A stretch of 64,000 nucleotides of DNA, taken from assembly GCA_037447605.1 (NCBI GenBank), contig CM074822.1, positions 1,263,492-1,327,491 on the forward strand. The letters run 5' to 3'. The DNA comes from Zygnema circumcarinatum SAG 698-1b (taxonomy: Eukaryota; Plantae; Zygnematophyceae). The position numbers and the translations under genes were made by a program. Positions 12,441-23,861 of this stretch are shown here, in pieces. Numbering within the stretch: the first letter of the stretch is position 1; each line of letters begins with the position of its first letter. Below the pieces are notes generated by a model, which was not told the origin of the DNA, did not search any database, and saw only the letters and a program-made list of their open reading frames with translations.

Positions 12441-14465
12441 GACCCACTAGGTTCTCCCGATGGAGAAGGCCGCAACGCGGCTCTGATACCAAATGTCACG
12501 GCTGAAATCTAACTCCTTCAGCCTGCGCGGAATAACACTCGACCAGCACTCCGAGTTCAGCGAGAGAGAGCGTTTCAGAGGGTGGCGCCGCCCTGGGCAG
12601 GGGTGCAACCGAATGCCGGTACGTTGGTTGAGTGACGACAGTCACCCTCGCCCCTTTACGCTTCCCCCGTTGAACCTCCTACCAAAGATGGAGGATTCGG
12701 GCGGTCGCCCGCTGGCAACCCGCCATTTAACCGCTCTCACCCGAATGTCGTAGAAAATGCATAAATGCCGCTGCTGCTTCCGGCGGGCAGCGCGCTGCTG
12801 ACGCTGGGCAAGCACTTCGCTGCAGACGCCGGTGCACGGGCCGATCCTACGCTGGGCGCGCTGGGTCCGGACACAAATCATTCCGTACCAACTGGCCACC
12901 AGAATTGTAATGGACGACGTTACGCCCAAAAACGTTACAAAACCCTTGCGACTTTCGCAAGGTTCGATCCTAAGACCTATCTGGTCCTAGGTGGTCCCTG
13001 GCGCCTTGACCACTCGGCCCGCGCCCGGGGTGAGAGTACTAGGACGGAGTACGTCCTAAGTACACCTCCCGTGGTTGACTGTAGCGTTTCGCTACAGCCT
13101 CACGTGAAGGTGGAGTTATCATGTGTTGAAAGCTTGGCTAGGCTTATGGGGGCTTGAGCTGGAAAGCTTGTCATGATTAAGGAGTTTTAGGTTGGGAGCT
13201 TTCTCCTACATTTTTCTATCCCTCCTCTTGTGTGTTGTGTATGCACTTGAGTGAAAAATGAGTGAGAGTGCTGCGGGCACCAGGAGGGAAGTTTCCATGG
13301 ATAGTGAAGAGGGGGAAAGGGTTGGAGATGAATTTGCTTCTCATCCCTCTGCCCCACTATAGCCTATAATCGGCTAAGGCAAATGAATGGTTGTTTCGAT
13401 CCTAACCACGGTTGGCAACCAAATGTAATGGTTGTTTCGATCCGCGCACTGGTTGGCAACCAGCTCACAGTTTGGAACCACTGCATCCACTGGTTGGCAT
13501 AAACTATTCAACTAAGGAACAAGTGGCATCCACCGTTCCAAACTAGTCGAATGGTTGTTTCGATCCGGCCGCACTGGTTGGCAACCAGTTGAATGGTTAT
13601 ATCCATTAAATCAAATGGTTGGCAACCATTAAATCACTAGTTTTCAACGGTTGGCAACCCACCAAAAAACACATACGACCCATTTTTGAGCCCCTACATC
13701 TCCCTACACGTTTGACTTACAGTAAACTATTAGTTTCCTCGTTTTGAAGTACTCACGGAACCCTAAGCCTAGCCTGAACCTCGCAAAGGACTGCCCTCAC
13801 ATTCTGATTGTTTCACAAAGGCCAAGACTCATGCGCTTTACTACGATGTAACAAAACAAATAAAAATAAATTCAGCAAAGCATGTCCATCCACCCAAGAG
13901 TAGCTAGAAAATGAGCACAAAACACATTGTCAAGTAAGATTCGCATCCTCGTAAGATCACATACAGTTGAAAAAAATTCATATCACAAATTTCAGAGCGT
14001 GCAGTTTTGCTTAAAATAAAAAGACTGCCAAAAGCAGTGGAAGTTTCAAAAAGAAAATTACGAAGCACTTCAAAATTACGAAGGAACATGCAGAATTGTT
14101 GGATGAAATGCAATTACCAGTAAACCAGTGATCCAATGGTTGCCAACCATTGGATCACTGGTTCTGAACCAGCTCAATGGTTGTTTCCAGTCCCGCTGCC
14201 GTTGGCAACCATTCGACTATAACTGATGCCATCGAAAGTATTGAGCTGCCAACCAGTGGCTCCGATCTTAGAAACAGCCATTCGACCGGTTTGAAACCAG
14301 TGGATACTGGTTCGCAACCAGTCGAATGGTTGTTTCATCCGTGTAATTGGTTGGCAACCAGTCGAATGGTTGCCAACTAGTGATCCACCGTTCCAAACCA
14401 ATGGTTGTTTCTGCTTCTGGGAGCCACTGGTTGGCAAACCATTGGAACCAGTGGATCCACTAAGC

Positions 14466-17400
14466 TGAAGCAGGGGTTTACCTCACTTCCGGGCGCCACC
14501 GGTGTCGCCTCCATTGAACTTGAGTTCCCACGGATGAAGACATTCAAACTCTCAAAGCTCTATCTTACTTCACTCATCGCCCATAACAACAGAATGAAGC
14601 TACAAGACAAGCACAGCGGAAATCACAATGAGAGAGTGTTAGGAGAAAGCTCACGGCTCTAAAACTCCTTATAATAAAACTGTCTTCCCACAATGAAGTT
14701 CTCCCACTACTTCAAGGTCCCTCTCACTCACTACCTCACGACACAAGTGTAGGCAGCCTAGCAGCACGAGCAGGCACAGAATAAGACCCGAGACTATGAC
14801 AAAGTAGTGCGGGGTGGGTTACTCCCATAATAAAAACTATGCACTATATAATATGAGTCCGTGACGTGACACACATGTCACGCCGCGTCCTCCATTGCAA
14901 ACCCATGCACTGAGTCTGGAGTGGGCTTGACTCGTAAATAGCTTTATCAGCTAGCTGCCTGTAAAACCTACGGGCGCGCCACCCAGCCTCTTGTCGGATC
15001 GCACATCCGCCCGCATAGCTGCCATTTCCTCGCCAACGCCTTCGCAGTTTCGCCGACAATTCTCGCCGAGCACTCTCAACTCGCTGACCCACATTGCAGC
15101 GTGGTCCACGCGGGCGCATTCCTGCCCGCCAAATATCTTATGTCGCTTCACAAGCCGCACTTTTGCGCCCGCAGCCAGCGCCTCGCTGTCATGTACTCAA
15201 TCAGAGTCGCCAAGGCCCTGCATCATGCTAATCCGCTGCCGCTGCCTCGACTAATCAATAAAGTTAAGCGCATTCGTGATCTAATTTTTACTTCTGTGTC
15301 ACGCCACACCAATCATTGCCTCAGATCACAAGACTCAAGGCAAGACTCACCAAAGTCAGAGCACCGACATTACTAAATCTAAGAGCACTACGCCTAGCAG
15401 ATCTCATGTTCTACAAACTGAGCACCACAACAGTTATTGTGTGCCATACAATGTCTAACTATCATACACTAACACTAACAATCCCCCTCTTGGGACTCAG
15501 TTCCTCATGGGCCCTAGCCCAATCAATCTGCTGTTCACTAGTAGTGTCTCCCCACTGACCCCCTTGGTCAACATGTCTGCAGCCTGCTCTTTTGTTCCTA
15601 CAAACTTCACCACTATCATCCCTTCCTCTACCAACTCTCGCACATAATGATATTGCACCCTAATGTGCTTGGTTCTCTTATGAAACACAGGGTTCTCCAT
15701 GAGGGCTATAGATGACTGGTTGTCCGTAAAAAGAGTCAATGGTGTTTGTGGTTGCTTACATTCATCAAAGAAATGTTGGAACCACATCCCCTCCTTCGCT
15801 GCATGGCACGCTCCCATGTACTCTCCTTCGGTGCTCGACAGCGCCACCGAATCTTGTAACTTCGAGCTCCATGAGATCGCGCCTCCTCCGTTCAGGAACA
15901 CAAATCCTGACGTCGATCGTGACGTGTCAACATCACCTCCCCAATCAGAGTCGTGTACCCATCACTCAAGTTGGCCTCCCTCTCAAATCTGAGATCAGAA
16001 TCCAAGGTCCCTTTTCTATGCACCTGAAAACTGGGCTTCACGGCTCCCAATGTTCGTGACCGAGCCTTATGAACCGACGTTGAGCTTCACGGCTTTTGCC
16101 AAGTCGACGCAGTACCTATCATCAGATATTAAATTCCCATTGCCGACATCTGTAATGCACTCGTAGACATTCTCTCTTCAGACTCCTCCGTGATCTGTCG
16201 CCGCATCATATCTCTCATTAACGTGATTCGATCTCCATCGAACTCGAGCAAGGACGGCACTCCTCCATTTTGAACCTGGCAAGTACATCTGCGGCGTACT
16301 TCTTCTGACAAAGAAATAAGCTGCCGTCCTGCCCCCTCTTCAACTGCATTCCTAGGAGATACTGTGCCTCCCCTAGATCCGACATTTTGAAGTTAACTTC
16401 CAAAAACTGTTTCAAATCATTGATTCTCTCCAATGAGAGGCTCACCATTATGAGGTCGTCCACGTAGATCCCAACGTACATGAGATCTGCCTCTTCCCCT
16501 TGTCGGTAGACGGAATGATCCGTCTCGAATCGCGCAAATCCGTTACTCCTCAAGAGGTCATCAATTTTCTCGTACCAAATCCTGGGCGCCTGTTTCAGTC
16601 CGTACAGACTCTTCACAAGACGACAAACGAGATGCTCCTGCCCCGGGACAACTTTCCCTTCGGGCTGTACCATGTAGATCTCCTCAGCGAGATCTCCGTA
16701 CAGAAACGCAGTCTTGATATCGAGTTGATGTACGTGCATCCCCTCGGCTGCTGCAATCGATATTAGGGCACGGAGGGAGTTGAACTTCACCACGGGGGCG
16801 AAGGTCTCCGTGTAGTCGATTCCGTACGCCTGGCTGAAGCCCTTCGCCACCAGCCGCGCCTTGTAACGGTCGACACTCCCGTCCGCCTTTCGCTTCACCT
16901 TGAACACCCACTTGCATCCAATGGCCCTCCTTCCCCTCGGCAGCTCCTCAAGTCGCCATGTGCCATTCTCCAGCAAACTGTCCCACTCGCTGTCGATTGC
17001 TGCTCGCCACTTCTCTCCATCGACCCCGTCGTGCGCTTCCTCAAAGGTTTGCGGTTCGGTGATCACAGTGGGCAGCTCCAGGTCCGCTGAGTCTGTGGTG
17101 GCACCTTCCCTGCATTTCCAGGTTAGTCCGCGAAGGCCTGTAGCATCAGGCCTTCCTCACCACACGGGTGCTCCTCCGAGGTCCTTGCGCTCTCCGGCTC
17201 CTCGTGTTGAAGAAAATCCCCGGGACAAACCCGGGAGGCATGCTCGACAACATAGCCTCTCTCTCAGCCGTCTCCAAATCCTCAGACTCCTGCCCATGCA
17301 AAGGTACAGTTTCGGCCGAGTTCTCCTCGTCGGACAGGTGAGTGTATAGTGGTGCCGCCTCCGCCGACGGGTTGCGGCTCTGCTTGCGGCCTCGGGTTCA

Positions 17401-17626
17401 ACTCCCACGGCCGCTTCCACGTTCGGCGTTGCTTCAAGCTCAGCTCCCGCGCTCTCAGGCGTGCTGATCTCCTCTGAAGCTGTGACCTGAGAGGCGTCCA
17501 TGCCCTCTTCGCTGGTCTCCACATCCTCGTACACAATTTCCAAACCTGCCTTTGGGGTGCGGGTCTCACCTAGCCGAGTCACCGCCCCCTTCTCATCCAC
17601 CGTAACGTCTCTCGAGCTCTGCACTT
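14466..17626 (-). mobile_element. Ty1/Copia, 3' part: RT (16218-17066), RNase H (15497-15901), PPT, 3' LTR 14466-15480; 5' part lost in a gap
   Basis: EPQTFEEA...WVFKVKR...YKARLVAKG...YVDDL; GGAISWSSKLQDSVALSSTEGEY...HKRTKHI. PPT AAGAGGGGGAT precedes the LTR start TGTTAGTG at 15480. The LTR is similar to the solo LTR at 25885-26884. Confidence 0.85.
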
Positions 17627-17636
17627 NNNNNNNNNN

Positions 17637-20600
17637 GCCAAGTCCAAAACAGCCAATCCAAAGGCTGACGCCGCGCCGCGTCAGTTTCGATTCGCGCGCA
17701 GTTTCGCGCGTCACGTCACAGCTTCGATTTGCTCCGCGTCCGCGTCCGCGCCACGTCACATTTCAAATCGTCGCGTTGCGCCTCGTCACTTCTGACTCCG
17801 CCGCGCCGCGCCTCTCCACCGACCAAAGTCCGTACCGCCGCCTGTCGGTCTAGGCGCACATCGCCGCCAAGGGCCACACACAACACACACACACAAAACT
17901 AATGTCCCAACAACAACTTGTCTAGTGACTAACTACTATACACTAACAATCCCCCTCTTTGGGACTTTTAGTTTTGCATGGGCCCCAGCCCAACCAACCT
18001 GCCATTCACCAACAGGGTTTCTCCGCTAACTCCCTTCGTTAGCATATCGCCGGCTTGCTCCTTCGTGCCTACGAACTTCACATCGATCAAGCCCTCCTCG
18101 ACCAACTCCCGTACATAATGGTACTGCACTCTGATGTGCTTGGTCCGCTTGTGAAACACAGGGTTTCCCACCAGGGCAATCGATGATTGATTGCTCCGAT
18201 TGAACAAAGGTAATCGAGGCGTTGTTCTCTCTTCACATTCATCAAAAACTGCTTTGGAACCATCGCCCTCCTTTGCAACATATTGACAAGCACCCATGTA
18301 CTCGCCTTACGTACCGATGCGCTACCGTCCCGCAGCTTGGGCTCCGCGAAATTGCTCCACCTCCCATGCAATTAAATGAAACCTGAAGTCGAGCGCGATG
18401 TATCTACATAACCGCCCCAATCTGAGTCTGAATAGCCAATCACTCTGGTTGGCCCTCTCATACGATCCCATAATCAAAAGCGTCCCTCTCACATATCAGA
18501 ATATGCTCTTCCACGGCCTCCCATGCCGAGGGCCCGGTTTCTCCATGGTCGGCTGGCCGGCGAGCTCAGCTGGCGGGTCGGACGGCGTTCCAATCATCAG
18601 GTACACATCAGACTCCCGATCGCAGGCACATGGACTCCGAACATCTTCTGGCCTCTGCTGCACTTTCGAAGGTGACATCTCAGCCGGCCGGTCCCGAATG
18701 CCCATCTCCGCCGAGCGGGCATGGCCTAGAATCCTCCATGTGGAGCCGGGCAAGAACATCACGATGCATACTTCTTCGACCGCGAGAAATAAGCTGCCAT
18801 GCGCCTCTTGGTGCATCCCAAGCGGAATCACTGGCGCCTCCCAAATCGACATCTTGAAATTCGCTTAGGAAAACAACTCTTTCAAGGCTGATTCTTTCAG
18901 CGAGAGCTCACCATTATGAGATCATCAAGCGTAGATCGACAAAACATGATGTCAGCCCCCTCTCCTTGGCCGGTACCGCGGGAATGATACGTTTGGTCGA
19001 TTGAAACCATTCCTCCTCAGAAGATCATCTATCTTCTCGTACCACACTCTGGGCGCCTGCTTCAAACCATATAGGCTCTTCACTAGTCGACAGACTAGGT
19101 GTTCCTTTCCTAGGACCACCTTCCCCTCTGGCTGCTCCATGTAGATCTCTTCCGTTAGATCTCCGTACAGGAATGCCGTCTTGATGTCCAACTGATGGAC
19201 ATGCATTCCTTCAGCCGCTGCGATGGAAATCAAGGCTCTCAAGGAATTGAACTTTACCACTGGAGCGAACGTCTCCATGTAGTCAACCCCATACTGCTGG
19301 GCGTATCCCTTCGCCACTAGCCGCGCCTTGTATCTGTCCACGCTTTCGTCTGCCTTCCTCTTGACTTTGAAGACCCATTTGCAGCCAATAGCTCGCCTCC
19401 CTTGAGGCAGCTTCTCCAACCTCCACGTGCCGTTCTCTATCAAGCTGTCCCACTCGCTATCGATCGCCACCCGCCATTTGTCGCCATCGACTCCGTCGTG
19501 CGCTTCCTCAAAGGTCTGTGGTTCCGTGATCATAAAGCAATGGGCAACTCCCACAAGGTCAGCTGAATCTGAAGGCACTCTTTCATGAATGAGGTTGTTC
19601 TCAGGCGAAGACCGATCTGGTCGCCTCCTGTCCCGACTGCTCTTCCGAACCTCCTTCGCGCTTCGTCCTCTCGGATAAAAGTAGAGTCCGGGTACAAAAC
19701 CTGGAGGCATGTTCGCTAACATAGCCTCTCTCTCGGCCGCTTCAAGGTCCTCAGACTCTTGCGTGTGCAGCGGCACCGTGTCCACGGAGTTCTCCTCTTC
19801 CTCAATCAACTGAGTGTGCACTGGAATCGTCTCCGTCGAATTCTGCGGCTCCTCTGCATGCGCCTCTTCTGGCGACTCTCCAACATCAGCAGGCTCGCTT
19901 GACGCAGCTGCTGGCTCGGCTCCTTCACTTTGTGATGTGCTGGCATCCTGCACAGTGACATCACGCTCTCCACTCGTCTCTCCCTCCTCATACACGATCT
20001 CGAAATCCGCTTTCGCTGGAGGAAAGATCTGAGAGTCTGCAACACGCTCAACAGCACTTCCCTCATCAATTGTAATGTCCCTCGTGCTGTAACAACTCGC
20101 CCCCTGGCAGGCTGCTCTGAACGTTGAAGTGCCAAAGAGAGGAGGGGGGAGAGAGAGGGAGACGAGCGTGAGCTCAATGCTGGTACAAAGAGCCCGGATG
20201 GTCTCCCATCCGTGCGCAGTCATATAAAAGCTCCCAGATTGAACCCACCGGCATGGGGGCCGGGAGGCGGGGCTGCTTAATCGAAACCGCCCGGCGTGGC
20301 GAGATCCCTTAATGATTATGTCGGCTAAGGACAACGATAGTCTCGCCCATCTCACGGGGCAGCGTCGCCAACGCGGCGCGCGCGTCGTCTGCCAGCTGCA
20401 ACTAAAATAAGCGAGTGAGACTTGTCGGCTAAATGCAGAGTGCAGTGGTACTTATCGAAAGATGCCGCGCATCTCGCCCAGATCGCGCCCGCCCGGCGCA
20501 TGCCTGCGGCGCGTCGCGGCGGCGCGGCCCCGAGATCTGGCCGCGGGATCCGCATATGTCGGTGCGGCCGTACGATCCGTACGGCCGACGTCCCACGATC

Positions 20601-23600
20601 AAAAAGAGATCCCTTGCCAGCGGCAAGGTCGAACCCAAGACCTCTTGTGAGACGGCGGCGTCCTATCTGCTGGTGAGATGAAGGAAAAGTCATAGTATCA
20701 CTATGAGTATGCCTCCAGGGTCACGCTGTAGCGTTACGCTACACGTGCTCAGGACCTCCTGCAGTCGAGGGTTCCACACCCTATACGTGCGGCTGTTGGT
20801 GTTATAGCCGAGAACATAACCCTCCACCGCTCGGGGGTCAAACTTCTTCTTCTGTCGCGCCTTGGGCAGTGCAGCCCAGCATCGCGCGCCAAAGGTCCTC
20901 AGGTGGGAAACTGTGGGCTTTCTCCCACTCCACATCTGCTCAGGGACCTGGTCTTTCAGAACAGAAGACGGACATCTGTTTCTAATGTACGCAGCAGTAG
21001 AAACCGCTTCTCCCCAAAAAGAAGCTGGAAAGGGGGAATCAATCAACATGAATTAGGAGCCATGTCCCCAATGTCGATTCACTTTCGCTTCGGCTGCTCT
21101 ACGCGTACTCACGAGGGAATAAGAGGCCGACTCATGCACTTATACGCGGTTCTTGGGGAACTCTGCGACTCCTTCGATTTAGTGCCGCCATTTATGCGAG
21201 CGCCAAAGCCTTGACTTGTCCTGATTACTGTCTCCGCACGGCTCCAGCCAATCTCGAAGGCTCGAAAGCCTGCGACTTGTGCTTGAGGAAGCGTAATCCA
21301 AATCTTCCTCGAGTAATCGTCGAGGAACGTGACGAAGTAACGTGCTCGGCCGTTGGTCGCCGGTGTAACTGGGCCACACAAGTCAGAATGTACCAATTCC
21401 AACTTCTCTTGCGCTCGATAGGACTCGTCTCCACTCCTCACGAATGGTCTCCTGTGCGCCTTGCCCTCCACACACTCCTGGCACAACCCAAGCTCCTTCT
21501 CCACTACACCCGGGGTCTAGCCCACGGACTAACCCCTTCTCAGCCAACTGCTGCATCCCTCTATGGTGTAAGTGACCAATTCTTCTATGCCATACATCTA
21601 CGGCATTCTCTGAGATTGCATTGGCATGCTCATAATTCTCCCTCTTGTAATCAAGATAATACAGCCCTCCTCTCTCATAACCCTTAAACAACTGTCTCCC
21701 AGTTTCTGTATGGATGGCCACGCGCGGCTTCTCTCAAGCAGGAACCTTTGTATCGCCTGCTTACACACTTGGCTATGAGACATGAAATTACGCTTTAGCT
21801 TCGGGGGTGAACATCCTGAGTGGCTTAACTTCTCTTGTATGTCTTCTTCGTGATGGTCGGCCCGTCTCAGTATCATCCTCAGCCTCGCCTCTAAATTACG
21901 AGGCGACTCCTTCACGGTTCTTTGAATGAATTTCGAAATTGTCTTCTCCAGGATACAGCCGAGCTTGGAGAACATCGATGTGTCTCCGCACATATGCGTA
22001 GAAGCGCCGGAATCAATCAGCCACGGCCGCTTCGGATCCTCTACCTGAATCCTTCCCACAAACGCATTCTCAGTATTCTCTACCAGCAAGAGGTTGTTCT
22101 CAACTGCTACCTTGCAGTCTGAACTCCTGTGGCCTCTCTTCTTGCATTTGAAGCAAGTGCCACTGAACGCCTTCTTCTCCTTCTTGCTGGATGAAGTCGC
22201 GTTTCCTCCCTTCTCTTGGCTGCCTCTGTTCTTGAAGCAATCGCTGGAGTAGTGGCCGATCTTGCCACACGTATAACACGTAATCGCCGAGCGTTCTCCT
22301 CGGGCTGACTTCGGGGCGCCTCCTCTTCGATTCGGTCGAGTGTGCAACGCAAGCACTTTCTCCTCAGGGCTGCCGACATCCTGAATGGAGTCCTCCTCCT
22401 TTATCCTACGCTTGACTTGCTCAAGAGTCATCGTGGTATTAGTCAGGACTGTCCTCAAAGCCGCCACTGCCACATCGAATCTACTGGTCAAACCCCCTAG
22501 AAACTGGCTTATCTTATGGTCTGCCTCTAATGGTTTCCCAAGGGCTATGAACCTCTCCATCAGGGCATCCAAACCTGACCATATAAGCCACAGTTTTCTC
22601 ATGCGGAAGTCATCTTCATCTTGCCTAGCTAGATGTAAGACGGCGATCGTCACATTGTCTTTTACATCATACATTTCCTCTAGGCACTTCCACATAGCAT
22701 GAGAGGTTTTTAGATCATATAGCATAGAGGACGGACTTCCTCTTACGCTCATTACAATCTGCGTCAGGGCCTTGTTGTCCTTGGCTCTCCATCGTGCGAG
22801 CGCCACGTCGTACTCCGACTGCTGCTCCGCTGAGGCTCCAACCGGTAACTCCGGCGCCTTGATGCTGCCATCAACATACCCAAGCAACCCCTTGCCGACA
22901 AGCGAACCAGCACCATCTCCATGCTTTGTAGTACGCGCCCATCAAAGGCGGAATGCTGAACTTGGCGGTAGTCCTCCGGTCTCCATGAGCTCGATACCAC
23001 TTGTTGGAGTGCGAGGGACTCCTCCTTTGCTAGCGTCGGATTCCTCCATTCGGGTCACCCTCCATCGGAGTTCGCGTTCCAATCGACGATGACATTTCCA
23101 AATCCCTCACATTCACTCATAGCCCATTTTACTCACAGAGTGAATCACAGCAATAATGCACAGCGGAATAACAGAGAGAAAAGGATAGGAGAAAGCTCCT
23201 GGCTCTAAAACTCCTTAATAGTGAATTCACTCATACATTGAGAGACCCCCTCTCAAATCGGCCGCTCAGCAATCTCACAGCTCACTACCTCACAGCACGA
23301 GTAAGTGTAGTGTCGCAACACGAGCGAACAGCATAACAGAGACTACAACAGCCTGAATGAATTGTTTGCCAACAACAAAAAACAATCCTTAAGTACTATG
23401 TCACTACACACGTGACAACAACATGCNNNNNNNNNNCCTCCAAGATAGATGACGCGTCAATCCTCGCGTCGTCTCACGCCACCGACAATTCGACGCAGCT
23501 CCGTACAGTTCTGAATCGCGCGCCGACAATCTGACGCCACTTTGCGCCAAGTCCAAAACAGCCAATCCAAAGGCTGACGCCGCGCCGCGTCAGTTTCGAT

Positions 23601-23861
23601 TCGCGCGCAGTTTCGCTCGTCACGTCACAGCTTCGATTCGCTCCGCGTCCGCGTCCGCGCCACGTCACATTTCAAATCTTCGCGTCGCGCCTCGTCACTT
23701 CTGACTCCGCCGCGCCGCGCCTCTCCACCAACCAAAGTCCGTACCGCCGCCTGTCGGTCTAGGCGCACATCGCCGCCAAGGGCCACACACAACACACACA
23801 CACACACAAAACTAATGTCCCAACAACAACTTGTCTAGTGACTAACTACTATACACTAACA
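17637..23861 (-). mobile_element. Near full-length degenerate Ty1/Copia: 5' LTR 23002-23861, PBS, gag with zinc knuckles and protease (21598-22887), integrase, RT, RNase H, 3' LTR from 17948
   Basis: PBS TGGTATC at about 22993-22999. CYTCGKIGHYSSDC and CFKCKKRGHRSSDC knuckles. WLIDSGASTHM protease. Integrase LELVHSDLCGP, RT and RNase H motifs with frameshifts. 17637-17948 matches the 3' part of 23437-23861. Confidence 0.85.
20088..20743 (-). mobile_element. 656-bp solo LTR of the TGTAGCG (chromovirus-related) group, inserted in the Copia pol region
   Basis: TSD CGTGC at 20083-20087 and 20744-20748. Termini TGTAGCGTAACGCTACA...GTTACA on the minus strand. Removing it restores Copia EVLST-RDITIDEG. 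Confidence 0.85.

Larger units (their letters stand above)
7996..13096 (-). mobile_element. Ty3/Gypsy chromovirus with both LTRs; 5' LTR 12494-13096, 3' LTR 7996-10337 interrupted by a Copia and gaps
   Basis: TSD GCCTC at 7991-7995 and 13097-13101. LTR TGTAGCG...GTGACA. PBS TGGTATCAGAG (tRNA-iMet) at about 12481-12491. PPT AAAGGGGAGTAA at 10338-10349. LTR segments 7996-8145 and 10245-10337 match the 5' LTR. Confidence 0.9.
7079..13356 (+). mobile_element. Ty1/Copia 3' remnant: RNase H (to 7339), PPT, 3' LTR from 7358, split by the chromovirus and resuming at 13102 (end approximate)
   Basis: LFTDNQSSIALMENPVFHKRSKHFRIQYHYVR is Copia RNase H. PPT AAAGAGGGGGAA is followed by TGTTAG at 7358. The Copia-LTR motif AAGGAGTTTTAG...GAGCTTTCTCCTA occurs at about 13179-13208. 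Confidence 0.75.

Noticed and set aside
14466-23861. Single 9.4-kb Copia spanning 14466-23861
   Set aside because: The LTRs at the two ends belong to different families, and RT/RNase H occurs twice with its own PPT and LTR at 17948. These are two elements joined across a gap.
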